A DNA stretch of 59,748 bases, filler included, from Sphacelaria rigidula (Eukaryota): the NCBI GenBank assembly GCA_964200075.2. It is 9 parts of 9 records of this genome, joined end to end, with 100 filler letters (N's around TTAATTAATTAA, not from the genome) between each part and the next. Parts side by side here need not be neighbours in the genome. Positions count along the whole stretch, not along the records: positions 1 to 6,550 come from CAXNAA020019407.1; positions 6,651 to 13,200 come from CAXNAA020019408.1; 7 more parts are not named here. One strand, given 5' to 3'. The notes beneath the pieces were generated by a model that worked only from the letters and a program-made list of their open reading frames with translations, was not told the DNA's origin and made no database searches. Shown here one piece after another: positions 1 to 12,978 of this stretch. Both the position numbers and the translations under genes were made by a program. The stretch's first letter is position 1. The number at the start of each line of letters is the position of its first letter.

Positions 1-72
1 CAGGCGCTGTATGGCCATTTTTTTCGTGACACTTTTAGCTGGTTTGGGGGGGGGGCTATCGTAGAAAGTGTC
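1..72 (-). mobile_element. Terminal part of the ~245-bp MITE family (full copy at 37237-37481)
   Basis: Reverse complement of 1-72 matches 37236-37310, including the TIR GGGGGCTATCGTAGAAAGTGT. Confidence 0.8.
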
Positions 73-921
73 TTCACAAAATGATCCGCCCAACACCCTG
101 AGCAGCCCCGAGAAACGTTTTCGCTAAAAGAGTGCAACCCCCTACCCCGTAGCATTGCTCTAAGCCTCAATCTGTTCCAACGGTTCTTTGCTTTTTACGA
201 TTGGTTATGAGTGTGGTTTTTCGCAAGACCTTTTCCACCGAAGCCATGTGACAGAGGCCTGCCATTTATAGGGGGGGGGGAGTCTTTGTGTTGCTGTGAT
301 ATTTCATTTTTTTTGTCTCTTTTTTTATTTTATTTTCTTAGTCTACTCTGTCTGTTGTACCGTTTCTGTTCCCTTCACTTTCCTCCAGCGAGTGCTTCCA
401 TTTTTGTTGTGTTTTTTTTTATCTCGGGTACGTCTATCCTTTGACCACGCCTGGACCCCTGGGGTATCATTCAAAGTGCAACCATCCAATAAAAATTGAA
501 AATTGAAAATTGAAAATTAAATCACAATCAAAATCAAAATCAAAATCAGCATGATGAAAAGTATATTGATCTATCGAAGATTATAGTTTTGTGCTAAACA
601 CGTGTTTCCGCTTTCATAGTCTGAGCGCACACCTTCGGCTTTCGTAATCTAGGCGCCGTTAGGTTATCCACACAACATGACCGGGATGATCTAGTTCAAG
701 ACTACATTGAAGTAGTGGTGCTGTCGATCTGAGCGAGGCAGATCGCTCTGCGTCGGGCACACTGAAATCATCCCATGTGTAGTTCGGTGAATGGGTATCC
801 GTATTGGGAACGCACTCTCTTGATACTCACGATACGATATGAAAAACAGAGTTATATACATATATATATATATATCACTGCAAATGTATTCCTGACTGTG
901 CTAGTTCTTCATCTTCTTCTC

Positions 922-922
<1 letters not shown>

Positions 923-975
<53 letters not shown>

Positions 976-1080
976 GTTATTTTGTTTTATTTTTCGCACA
1001 TAAGTCCGGCCTCGCGAACCCGTGGTCATAGACGTAGGCTCGTCTTTCCAATACCGCCCCTGCTATTCCTTACAAGACAT
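923..1080 (-). mobile_element. Retroposon-like 3' end with (AAT)n tail
   Basis: (ATT)n at 923-975 abuts TTTTCGCACATAAGTCCGGCCTCGCGAACCCGTGGTCA, whose inverted homologue lies at 1643-1680. Confidence 0.55.
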
Positions 1081-1589
1081 ATTGGCAAAAACAAAAATAA
1101 GAAGAAAGACGCCACGAAAACCAGTGAGAAGTAGCTCCCCAGCGCTCGACGGGAGAAAAAAGAAAGAAAAAAAATCTAGCTGGTATTCTTAGTTAATCTG
1201 TCCTCAACCGAGTATTTTGTGCCTGCCATACTAAAATTCATATGCATCGCGACCCTTGGATAATGACATGTTCTGCAGAACATTCTTGTTGTCCACACAC
1301 CACCGACAAGAATATGATCTGAAATACGTTGCTATTGTTTGACACTCGCTTGATATCCAGCTTAGCTCCTTTTCCCCTTAATCATTCTTCTCTCTATTTT
1401 CTCTTCGTCCTTCTTCTCTATTTCTTCTTTTTTTCGGGGAGTGTTTTTGACTTTACCGCACCCCGACCAACCCGGGGGAAGGCTTTTTTCTCTTCTATTT
1501 TCTTGACGTATCTCTCTTATTAGTATATCTTCGTGATGTGCTGTGTTGTTTGGATTTCGGAGTATCAAGAGAAGCAATGAGCGCTCTAC

Positions 1590-1900
1590 ATCATGTGGTG
1601 AGGAATAGTAGTGACGATGCTTGAAAAGCGAGCTTTCATAGGTGACCACGGGTTCGAGAAATCGGGCTCATGTGCGAAAATAGTAATAAATGATGAGAAG
1701 AATAAGGATAAGGATAAGGATAAGGATAAGAACAACAAATAATTATGAAAAATATATGTATATAGTAATGATAGAAATAGTAATAGCCATAGTAATAGTG
1801 ATGGTGATGATGACAATGATGATCATCATGACTATAGGAAGAACAGTGATGAGAGTAGGAATAAGAATGAAAACATGGATACAGGACAAAAGTAAGAGGC
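1590..1900 (+). mobile_element. Second copy of the same retroposon-like 3' end followed by a degenerate AAT/ATAAGG microsatellite
   Basis: TGACCACGGGTTCGAGAAATCGGGCTCATGTGCGAAAA (1643-1680), then about 200 bp of A-rich tri/hexanucleotide repeats. Confidence 0.5.
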
Positions 1901-1919
1901 ATGAAAAAAACATAATGAA

Positions 1920-2523
1920 AAAGACAAGCACTGAGACGGAAAGTGGGCGACGACGAACACCTGATAATATACGGGAGGTTGAGGAAAGGGATAGGGACTA
2001 ACACATATCTGCACGGCCCATTGGACTAGGCGAAAAAGTTGGAGCTTCGATTTCGGGTGGGGAACCTGGACCTGCCAGAAAGAAGAAAAAGGTATACGAG
2101 TAGCCGGGTGGAGGAGTACGTAGATGCACACAATGCCCCTGTGGCAAAGCAACAGAAAGTAGAACGCTTTGTGGGAGTGGGAAAATGTTAACTATTTTTG
2201 GAGGAACGGAACATTTTAGAAGGGAAAATGTGGGAAGTAACGAAGGTGGCATGAAATCACTTGATATAAGAAAGTAGCGAGAAAATGATCGCTATATACT
2301 AGGAGACAGATGGTGGCCATAGACAACGGAACAGGAAGGGGATAAGATGTGCAAAATGTTTTTGTGCAATGTATGGAAGAAACGTAATGAGAACCTAAAC
2401 GTTGGAGGTGTCTCTATTAGGAGTAGGAACGGTGCTCCGTTTCGAGAGGAATGCGTAGTCAATGGTCAAATGACTAAGGCAAGCAACGAATGAGTACGCC
2501 CCCCCCCCCCCCCCCCCCCCCCC
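1920..2523 (+). mobile_element. 5'-truncated decayed LINE: ORF2 C-terminus, 3' UTR and poly(C) end
   Basis: Broken translation TYLHGPLD*AKKLELRFRVGNLDLPERRKRY..CPCGKATESRT..LGDRWWP..EGDKMCKMFLCNVWKKRNE (zinc-knuckle-like). Ends ATGAGTACG (2490-2498) plus C25. Homologues at 12979-13127 and 13331-14395. Confidence 0.8.
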
Positions 2524-2580
2524 TCCCCTTCCTTCCGGTTGTTCATACCCTCACTGCACGGCAATGATTATGGCCTACAG

Positions 2581-2690
2581 AGGGAAACCTGAGGCTGCAG
2601 GAGAATGTTCTGAGACTCAAGGCCGACCTGGGCAGAGAGCGGGTCGAGAACGCCTCCATTGCGGAGCGATTGGCGCTCGCGGAGACGTCG
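2581..2690 (+). CDS. Probable internal exon of a coiled-coil protein
   Basis: cctacAG|AG GGA AAC...ACG TCG|GTgggg. Reads GNLRLQENVLRLKADLGRERVENASIAERLALAETS, with heptad-like Leu spacing and GC-rich third positions. Confidence 0.6.
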
Positions 2691-2928
2691 GTGGGGTTTC
2701 CGAAAATTGTCCGGAATTTTGTGTTTTGGTTTCTCGACATGTTTTCGCAGTGCATATATGTATATATCACTATAAATTGATATGTTCATCATATGTTGTA
2801 TAATATATAACATAGTGAAACTAATAAAATAGATGGAAACCCGCTTCTGTTTCCTTGTGTGTGTAAAGAAGTTGAAGAGCACACGAGTTCTTCCTACAAA
2901 ACACGCCTGATGCAAATTTATCTTGCCG

Positions 2929-2964
2929 AACCCTAACCCTTAGCCCTAATCCTAACCGCAACCC
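2929..2964. repeat. Short degenerate interstitial (CCCTAA)n telomere-like repeat
   Basis: aaccctaacccttagccctaatcctaaccgcaaccc. Confidence 0.6.
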
Positions 2965-3535
2965 AAGGCATACTGAGAACCTTCAGGCAAGGAGAGTAAC
3001 GAGGGTATCCTGGGCAATTTGTGCGTTGGCAGAGGTCAAATTGGTGCCCCACACCCCAATTTGAGCGACAATGTGTACTGCGCATGCTGGGAGAACTTTG
3101 GACAGCCAGTATCTAGAAAATCCGAATCTCATAAACCCGCGCTAGAATCCACTGCGTTTCAATTGTGGAACTTCGACGACGAATTTGCGTCAACTCTACT
3201 GATGTCGAGAAACCCATGTATCCGAGCCGCCCCCTACGCCGGGGGGGGGGGAAATGGCTCGGTGCTTGAATGTAAGATTTGGCTTGACGTCTGCAGATAC
3301 TTCTGTGGACGCTCACTACAAAAAAATATGCAACCGGTAATCCAATGAAGGCATTCTGCGGAACAATCCAATTTGACAGAACATCAAACTAGAGTAGTGC
3401 GTGTGGTTCGTGAATGATCTTGAAAATAATATGACGTGACTTCACCAACAATCTGTCTCCTTGGAGACTTGAATCCCTTGAAAGCTTGGGTCTGAACTTG
3501 TACCCGCGGTGATGGTACCCCGATACCCTTCAAAC

Positions 3536-3905
3536 CGGGGGGCTGTTCTCAGGATCTCTTGCATACCGTAGTCGTATGACCATTGACCTCGCGTCCCTAG
3601 AAAGCCGGGACTGAGCTCATTATTATGTATGCCGTACTCTTAAGGCCAGTGACCTCGCATCCCTACAAAGTCTGGACGGAGCACGCCGGGTTTTCGCCGG
3701 ACCAGGTGCGCAATCAATCACCAAGCGCGAAGCGCCGTGGTGTGTTCGGTGAGTCGCATGAAGGGTGAGCTGCATCCCTCTAAGATTATTTGGCCCGAAG
3801 CGTACTGATTATCTTTCGTATGGATGATAGGCTCCAATTCGTTGCTTCATTTTTTGGTATCGCCACTTCCGGAGACTGCCACGGCTTCGACACGGCCTCA
3901 TGAGT
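3536..3905 (+). mobile_element. ~330-bp dispersed repeat starting at a G-run (family consensus end GGG-TGTACTCATG)
   Basis: Homologous to the reverse complement of 39147-39452 and to 13128-13200 and 6425-6465. Has an internal duplication of GACCTCGC.TCCCTA.AAAG. Confidence 0.8.
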
Positions 3906-4592
3906 GTCTGTCTCACCATTTCAATGACCAATGGACAGAAGCATATATGCAGGTATCTGTATGCGTTTGGTGTGCAAACACAAGGCGGACACAGGAGCGA
4001 CACACAAAGTGAAACGAGAAAGAGGAAACATAGACCGAGCATGGAGGAGATGAAAAATGAAAAACGGAGAGGAAATACACAAAACGATTTTTGGATGACA
4101 AACCGTTCACCCGGAGGGAAATCAGCCGGTGCCACCTCTGCCATGTTCACGTCGAAACGTCAAACTGGAAGCCTTCGAACCTGACATACACCACGCATTC
4201 ACATAAAATCATGTATACAACCAACGCCCAATAGCAGCTCTAGAAGAATGGCAATTTTTTCTTGTAAGATGAAATATGGGTGTGGCAAGTCCTGTTTCGA
4301 TTTTGAGACCTACATACTACCGTCCCCGCCCCCGCCCCCCCGATACAGGGAGAGTGCTCATCCGAAATCGTCTGAATGCTCGATATGCGCCGAAAAAACG
4401 CCTGCTGAGAAACCCGATGCGTTTCCGACATCGTGCACCACAGACATCATCTGCGGAACGGTAACAGTGAAAACGCCTCAACCGGCACCCACGGATATGA
4501 GCTCCAGCACCCGAGCCCTATTCACCCGTGGTTATTATCTTTTGGAGCGGGTGATATACAACATATTCCGGCTACAGTGCCGTACGTACCCG

Positions 4593-4699
4593 TAAGCGTA
4601 TGGCGCTAAAAAATAGCTGAATGGGGATCATCCGGAGGTGCTGTTGACACGGGAAGCGGTCTTTACCGCCCGGGTTTTTTTAGCGCCCAGGTGCTTTTA
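4593..4699. mobile_element. Small (~105 bp) inverted-repeat element
   Basis: GGCGCTAAAAAA (4602-4613) and TTTTTTAGCGCC (4676-4687) are perfect inverted repeats, with weaker outer pairing. Confidence 0.5.
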
Positions 4700-5372
4700 C
4701 ACTAAAGCTTGTCACACAGGGTCATTGCAGGATGGATGACATATTCGCCCCCGCTATGAGGGTGTCTTCCAAGTGTGTTTCTCAATTTTTCTAAGGGTCG
4801 GATGAACCATCGCTGGTTCGAATCATCAGATCTGCGAGTTCCGAGACCTGATTGCTCGAACGAGACAAAAAACAAAAACAGTTAACCGCGGGTCAAACAC
4901 GGCTTAATGCACAGATGTTTGCGGTCCGTTCGACACGCCTCGGGTGGGTGAAATACATACGTGGGGGGGTGAAACGCTGGAAACAGAACCCACGGATGGA
5001 CTCGTACTATACAAATCAAGTACAGTGAAAACAAGTCATTTTCAGACGAATGAAAAGTCACTCGTCCGACCCTTGGACATTCGTGTTTCTACATAACGTT
5101 CGTTGATCGCGCTACGGTAAATCATGCGCCGCGCTATCGGCACCTACGAATCGACCATCCTTTCTGGAAAACTACGACAAAAGCGAAACGCCCGAGAGGA
5201 CACCTTGCTACTCCTGACTGTTCGTGGTCAATTTACCCGCTCAAAATATCCCGAAGGTGACAGACCGGCGTTCCGCTCTACCGCACGCAGCGAAATCCGT
5301 GGGCATATCTAGGTCTCGATGTGATAATCATTCGGGGAATTCCAACACCGAAAACATATTTCCACGGGTTAA

Positions 5373-5608
5373 CCCTTTTGGAACTCACTAAAAACAATAC
5401 AAACTCCCATATGCGAGTTTTCGTCACAGGAAAAACGTCACTTCGAGTATGGTGCATGAATTAATCTGTCACATTAGTATACCTGAGCTTGGAGTGGTGC
5501 ACCGTTTAGGTGGGCTGCGTCATCAACAGTTGCAGAAAAACAATCATATCTTGCCCAAGAAAACGTCAATTCTAAATCGTCATTTTTCCGTCAACGGTTC
5601 CAAAAGGG
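5373..5608. mobile_element. piggyBac-type MITE, 236 bp
   Basis: TTAA|CCCTTTTGGAAC...GTTCCAAAAGGG|TTAA: perfect 12-bp TIR and TTAA TSD. Partial inverted copy at 42859-42975. Confidence 0.85.
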
Positions 5609-6219
5609 TTAACGCCCCCGTGTCGCGATGTCTCATCTTGTCATTCTCCAACGGTGGTTCAATACGGGGTGTGTGCATGATGTACCCCAGCATTACGTCT
5701 TGAGAGAGGTTAATTTCCCCAGGACAGCCCTAATGGTTGTGTCTGTCGGATACTCGAATATTGTAGGCTGACCTTTTGTGGTTGATCACTACTTTTTCAC
5801 AACATATATGTGGTCAATAGTTGCAATAGGCCTATACTGTAGACAGTGTAATGTCTCTACTGCAGCTATTGAACCACGTACTGTACAGGATGTGCTACTC
5901 ACTTTTACAACAACAAAAATTGAACGTTCTCAAGCGGGGATGAGCTTGGTTTTCGAATGTGAGTTTTGTCTGACGCAATTTGATTTCCCCTCTCTTATGT
6001 CCCCTAATCCTCGTAAATTCCCGATCGAAAGCCTGACCCTGCACTTACTAGAGGGAGAAAATGGTACGCAATGATTTCATGAAATGAGTGCTGCCGCTGT
6101 AGGCCACGAACACCCCCGCCCCACCCCCCNNNNNNNNNNCCAACCATATGAAGGAGAGAAAAAGAAAAATAATATTTTTTTAGAAGTTGGGTCCGCGCGG
6201 CCCCCCCCCCCCCCCCCCC

Positions 6220-6415
6220 CCCCCCCAACCAGCCCCAAAACGGTCACGAAGAAAATGCCCATGCAGCGCATTATAGCTGGTTTCACACTGCATGAAGCGC
6301 CTCATATGAGTGGCATTGGCGAAAACGATCCCAACCGCGGGAGTTACCAACGGCTCGGTGTGCTCGGCTTTTGTCATTGTGATTCACATCACGACTTTTC
6401 CTCCTCAGACCAGCC
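6220..6415 (+). mobile_element. Diverged internal copy of the ~245-bp MITE family
   Basis: AACCAGCCCCAAAACGGTCACGAAGAAAATG...CCTCCTCAGACCA aligns with 37266-37450. Confidence 0.65.
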
Positions 6416-6550
6416 ACTTCTATCGGGGTTCTCATGATCATGCGTGCCATAGTCATAAGATCCACTTTTATGAGGGGGGGGGGGGGGGCGTCCCCATTTG
6501 TTGCTTTCCTTGATCATTTTACCCTTGACCACCCCTCCCTTTCGAGGCGG

Positions 6551-6650
6551 NNNNNNNNNNNNNNNNNNNNNNNNNNNNNNNNNNNNNNNNNNNNTTAATT
6601 AATTAANNNNNNNNNNNNNNNNNNNNNNNNNNNNNNNNNNNNNNNNNNNN
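6551..6650. other. Artificial contig spacer (N44-TTAATTAATTAA-N44); identical copies at 13201, 19851, 26501, 33151, 39801, 46451 and 53100
   Basis: Identical 100-bp blocks with a six-frame-stop linker, spaced exactly 6650 bp apart (last interval 6649). Confidence 0.97.
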
Positions 6651-9600
6651 AGAAAGTACTGTTTTGAGCTCGAACCTCATTTCATTGATGAACCTCATTT
6701 TATAGAATCCTCTGTTATGGGACATCAAGGCAGACTGCTCCTGTTATCAAACACTTGGGATAGAGCAGCTCCGTGCTGGCTCAGTTTGCTCGCCCCAACG
6801 TGCACACGTCCGCCTTACGTGTCTTTTCCGATTCCAGGACCCGATGATAGCTGAAGTACGGACGGAGACGCAACAGACAGCTGCACAGTCGTCACGTGAT
6901 CGTTTTATCGTTTCACCGTTGTGTACAGACAGTAGCTAGTGTACAGCACTTTGATCTCACCCCACTACTGTGCTTACCGGAACACCGCATGCAGCACTAC
7001 AACTGTTCAAGCACTCTCCAGCGCATATCACACCATGTTCGTCGTAGAGTGTCCAAATGCACAACAGCACAGCTACAACTACAGCATAGAAATGATGGGT
7101 GTGGGAAGCGCCTTGTTCGTTGCAACAAGAGAAGCTGATGCATACTGTATACAGTCCGTGTTCAGGTTCTAAAAGACACTGCAGAAGCTGTGCTGCGTTG
7201 TGCTGTATTCAGTGTAGTGCTCTGTACTCCACATATACCACTGCAGAATTGTGTTGTGTCCAGTGTAGTATCCTATACTCCATATAATGGGGACACGTTC
7301 TGGGCAGTTTTGAAAAGTAATGCGAAAAAAAGACAGTTTTCTGTCACAGAAATCCAATGCCGAATCTGGAATAGCCTGAGACAACAACCAATTTGAAAAT
7401 TGGAACAGCAGACCAAGGGATGCTTCGATAAGAAAGATCATATGTGAAAGCTTCCGGGCTGCGTGGACAGTACGCGTTTGAAAACAAGACCCCACTCGCT
7501 TGCTGCTGGCAAATCGATCGCTCTTGTGTGTGGTTGACGCCGTCTTTTTTGTTTGACGGAAACACACACACTTTTTAACAAAAAAGGCCCCGTCGTCATC
7601 CAAGGATGAGCCAACAAATTAGGCTCGGCCCGTTGCTCATCCACGTTGTGCTTCCGTGGAAGCCAGAGCAAGAACTGGCTACATGCTCCATCCAGAGTCA
7701 CCTTCCGCTTCCGTCGAGATCGCACTCACCGCGGTGCGGCGTGAGCTTTTCGTACTCCAACCGGCCACCCGGGTCTCCCGTCTTGCTTTCGCGCACCGTA
7801 GCGGGTTCTTTCACTCTCGCGAAGAATGATGCATCGGGAAGGTCCACAACGACGGGTACCAAAACGCCTCACACTGACATAAATCATCGTGAAAATTCAA
7901 AATTTGACAAGTAATCGTCAGGCAAAAACTGCCCATCATCGTCAGGTACTATGCAGCCTTTCTTCTTCATGCATGCCTCCTCCCGCCCCCCCGCGCGTGC
8001 TTCATCGCCCTGCACTTCTTCAGGTCTCAGTTACAGGACACCCACCCAGCGAGGGTACCAACTTGTAGTACATCGCACACTATCCTGCTTCCGGTGGTCG
8101 TGACATGTCAAAACACGGCTCATTGAGCATTTAGGGCGAACATGGGCGTCTTCGACCAGCTTCCTCCGCACACCTAAAACAACCACGTGCTGCTGTGCCA
8201 TGTTACATCCGCAGACGCCACAAAAACGTACCGGAGAAGGAGGGGAGGGGAAGGGTCCTGCCAGCACCAAACTGTCTCACGGACACGAGTACTCGCATAC
8301 TTCCACACCTTAGACACTGACAACATATGGTCAACAGCTGCAGTGGACAAAAATGTACCGCGTAGAGTATATGGCTATTGTACCTAATGTCAGCCGACAA
8401 AGGCTGTAATAGCCCTACACTTTACGCAGTATATTTCTCATCTAATGCAACTATTGAGCATACGTTATCCGAGGTGTACATACTTCCAAGAAGTAGCTAA
8501 GAGAGAGAGGAAGGATGCCCGCAGTTTTCTAATTGGTCAATTTTCGGAAGGACCGTTCCACGGAATGGCGAAAAACCCATGGTCGACAGGTGGCGTAGGG
8601 AACATAGACAGGTGGCGAACCGCACCGACCTTTGCATTCGAATACGTGTTCACGAAATGCCTTCCCCGTAGTGATGGTGTCCCGTCAAGCTGTAATTACA
8701 CTGCGATTACATGCGAACAGATACTGAACACCACCATATCAACACCCATCCCGAACACAGCGCCGTACCACAGCATGGGGGAAAGACACATCCTATCCAA
8801 GCACGTACGGTGAAAAATACAATACCACAAGGCGGAGAAGAAGCATTGCATATCTCGACAAACACAAGCGCAGACATCGCATCGGAAGACAAAGGCGAAA
8901 GGTGCGGCAACACCTGTATACTCGTTCTACTGCCGGGCGCCGAGTAACAATATTCACAATTGACAAAACAAAAACAAAAAGCGCCCGGCAGTATCGAGCA
9001 CTCTACTCGTAGCCAATACTACGGTACACACAGCAAAAAGTGCAATGAGCAACGACCATGTACGTACACTTTCGAACACCAAAACATTTTAATCTCGATA
9101 TACTCCATCCCTCCAAATTGGCGGGAGAGGGGAGGGGGGGGGAGAGCCGTGAGTCTCATACCGTCTCTTCACCCGCTAGTCTTCGCCTCTCCCACCCACG
9201 CCTTGCACGCTCGCCGAGAACAGCAACGAGAAGCACCATCAGGGCCGCCAAAGCGAGGGTCTCCTCAGACGACATGACTTTGTGTGCGTTGACGTGAGCA
9301 TCAGAAGCTTCGCCGCTTGAAGAAGCATCGATGTTCTTATACTATGGGAACGGCGACAACGGATGGCCAGGGAGAGAAAGGGGGAGACGGGAGGGTGGGG
9401 GGTAATACGATCAGCAATACTTTCAAACATGAGGAGTGAGTGTGTGCAAAAGTGATGCGCCCTCGACAGAAAACTACGGCAACTCACATACCCCTCGCAT
9501 TCGTCAAGTGTCCGAGCTACCCGTCTCCTCAAAAAGACTTCTTGTGAGTTTCTTGTGAGTTTTCTCCAAGTCAGCTTCCTGCTTTTTCTTTCCCAAATAT

Positions 9601-10182
9601 CTGGTTTCCAACCAACTTTCCGATCCCCACCACCAATTATTGTAAGACCGTGTTGTTGCCCGCTTAACGTATTTTCTGCTGTCGTCGCGGTGATGGGGGT
9701 TGCCATTCGAACCCAGAACCCCCTGTTTTTCAGTGCGCCTGCAGAGGTATCTCTCAGTTTTCCACCAGTATGGCAAAAAAAGGTGGTGGTGAGTCCTCGA
9801 TAGACAAGACACTTGACACGTGATCATGCATCCCTTTTGCAGAGTAAGATATCCCGATACATATGCGAAGTATACAAGTGGCCTCGTGACCTGCTTGGCG
9901 CGTGTGTACATGATATCAATGCAACAGTGGATCCCCAGACCACAACCGATCCCCGCAAAACAGATCAAAATGTGCCGCCGGGGCAAGCAGCACCAACAGC
10001 AGCAGAACACAAAAGCCGACGCTCAAGAGAGTAGGGCGGCGCGTGCACTCCGTCAAATGGACAGGGCATTTTAGCGGGTCGGATCTCCACACTGCCTTGA
10101 GCAAAGCTTGCGAACGCTCGAGGCGCCTCCTCCGCATAACTACCGTGAGGCAGTCTCGCCGAGCCTCCGAGCAATCAGCATA

Positions 10183-11815
10183 CATTTCAACTTTGTCATG
10201 TTTCTATTCGTTTTCAGTGGGTACATTCCCAACTCTGCTCACAATGCTGTGATACTCGTCGATTTGAGCATCCAAGTGTTTTCTTAGCTGCTGTCATCTG
10301 CACTGTTTCCAACTTCTTCACCAACTTCGCATTCCTCTCCCTTACTTCTCCTGCATATTCCAGCTTTGGTACAATCATGTTCATCAGGATACATCTCTCA
10401 ATCCTAGTATCTAGGTGCGAGTCTCTGAGGATCATGTCTATCATGCCTATCTGTGCCTTACCTTTCCTATTACTTCATCTATGCCTGCATCCCAAAAACA
10501 GTATTTTGAGTAATACGCAAAGGTATGTACCGGTATACAATCGGCGGTTTCTCTTCTCCCCACTTCCACTTGAACTTTACCGGGTTCTTCTCATCTTCGT
10601 TACGTTACATACAAGCACCGCGCATTTGTTTGCGTTCGCTGTCACCCTCCATTTCCCATGAGTACTGTGGCGCCTTCTCTATTCGCTTCTGCAATCCTTC
10701 TGGTGTTTCTCATATCCCCCACGAAATCATCCCGAACATCACTCCTGATATCGTACCTCCCCCCACCTTGACTCCTTGCTTTGCTGCTTCGGTTGATACT
10801 ATCAAATCATTGATACATACCTTGAATAGAGTGGGTGATAACGTACATCCTTGTGCAACTCTTTGTAATATATCAAATTATTCCGATACTTCCCCGTCGA
10901 GCATCATAGCGCCTTCAAGACGGGATTTCACAAATTGGGGATGGATTTTTATTGGGATGAGAAGCCGGAGAATTAAAATCTTCGTCCACACACCAAATCT
11001 TCGAACAATGGTTCCATTTATTTGCTGGTAGCTATTGACCATTATTGCACGCCATACAAATTTGGAGTTCGATAACCGAAATGTTGGGGTCCTAGGTGAA
11101 AATACAATTTTGAGGTCCGATCGGATCACAGAAACTCCCGAAAAATGGTTTTTCACCTAGGACCCCAACATTTCGTTCATCGAAGATCATATTGTTATGG
11201 CGTGTGGTGGTTGTCAATCGCTACCAGCACGTGAAGAAACGGAACTAAATTTCGAAGATTTGATGTGTTTATGACGATTGTAATTCTCCGGGTTCTCATC
11301 ACCAATAAAAAATCCATCCCCAATTTGTAAAATCTCGTGTTTTTTCATATATTCTGTCATTTTCATCATTTCCCACATTTTCCCTCTGCTACCAGTTTCT
11401 CAAATCTTTTTCCACGGCCCATCTCTCCAGACTGATTCATAGGCTTTCTGTACGCCCAGAAAAAAACAGTACGTTGTCAGCCCCGCCTCTTTGCAAACCT
11501 TGAATAATCCCACCTCATGTGTACGCATGGTCTACGCAACTACGTTTCGGTCTAAAACCTGCTTGCCCCTTACTCCTTTCTTCTTCCTTCTCTAGCATCG
11601 TTCCCACTCCCTCGTTCAAAATATCACAAAAAAAAATCTGTACGGTGCTCAGTAGCGTTATCCCTCTAAAATTCCCCGGGTCAACGTTGTCTCCTTTCCT
11701 GTAAAGGTTTACTCCTTTGCCCCAACTCTTGGATGCGTACTCATTTTCCCAGATCCAATTATACAGCATTACCATCCCGGCAGTCGTTCCCTCTCCCCCG
11801 TACTTCAGAAATTCG
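10183..11815 (-). mobile_element. Decayed LINE reverse-transcriptase region, interrupted by a MITE
   Basis: FLKYGGEG..YRKGDNVDPGNFRGITLLS..GQAGFRPKRSCVDH..VQKAYESVWRDG; after the insertion MMLDGEVSE..VAQGCTLSPTLF..IVPKLEYAGEV. Several stops and frameshifts. Confidence 0.9.
10917..11341. mobile_element. ~420-bp near-palindromic MITE (AACACGGGATC family) inserted into the LINE RT
   Basis: Long inverted arms. The LINE reading resumes on both sides. Copies at 29612-30055 and 35780-36162. Confidence 0.85.
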
Positions 11816-12978
11816 CTCACTATTTCACGGTTAGGACGAATCACGGTTTATACAAGTTGACTCCTCATGATATGACAGAAGTCAACCTGTATTCAACTGT
11901 TCATCCCGGATGCACTTGACGGTGAACAACATATGCAGTGCAGTCATCTCAACCGCATACAGATTGGGAGAAAAGTACGCCTGATGCAAGGCCCATGAAA
12001 TGAGAGGATTCAACGACGTGCCGACTCTTCGTCCCGCACGAGTCATACGCATGGCATAGATGTAGATGCCATTCACGCCACATGGCAAGTGTTGGTGGCA
12101 TGTACAATCGATTCATTCCGCACTTTTTTACAGGGGATGAACATGTGCCCATGATTTACCGCGCATGTCGGAAGGTAGGAAGCAGGTACCGTTGACGGTG
12201 TACTGCACGACTCAAGCGCTCAACCTGTTCAAGTTACAAATGATGTACGAATCGTAAGATTTATTCGTTGAGATGATGAACATGAGTTGAATCATGATTT
12301 GATTCGTCGAAAAACATCGAAGATGTGAAGAAAAAAAAATCGAAAAACAGATAAGACACACGCTTGAGGGCCCGTACAAGTTTACGTACCCTGACTTACG
12401 AGACAGAGGAAGTACATACATGTATACATGAACCAGACAAGGCACAAGTCACAGTGTATCAAGAAAGCCGCCTCAGCATGTCGAATATTGGAGTGCGCTC
12501 ACCGGTTCACCCACTATCTCTCGCCACCAATCTCGCCAGCGCATCAGTGTCCCCTGGGCTCGGAGCGACAGCAGCGACAACCGAGCAACCGGACTGTCGA
12601 AAACGTACGTAACATGATGGGCGCACGCAATTACACGTGCCACCCGGACGCCAGGAGGGGGAAAGGGGGGACGCTTCAGGGGACGAGAGTTGAAAATAAC
12701 ACGTACAGGATGCTCGGGTTTGATCGATTAGTTGATTCGATTAATTGATCGATTGTCGCACTTTGACTCATCCCCCAGGGATCGAGCCGTGATCACATGA
12801 CAGACGTACCCAAGACAACAAAGTTGAACACACTCCTTGAATAAAAATGAGAAACATACAGAGCAGAACAGAACAACATAGTAGACTAAAACGTGAAAAA
12901 CCAGAGATTCGACAAAAATCCAAGTTCTGGGTGATCTGATCTACATTCAGCAAGCTCTACTTTAAAGAGGATAGTAGG

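Noticed and set aside
775..2004. Poly-Ile, RI-repeat and His/Tyr-rich ORFs
   Set aside because: They are translations of ATT/ATAAGG microsatellites.
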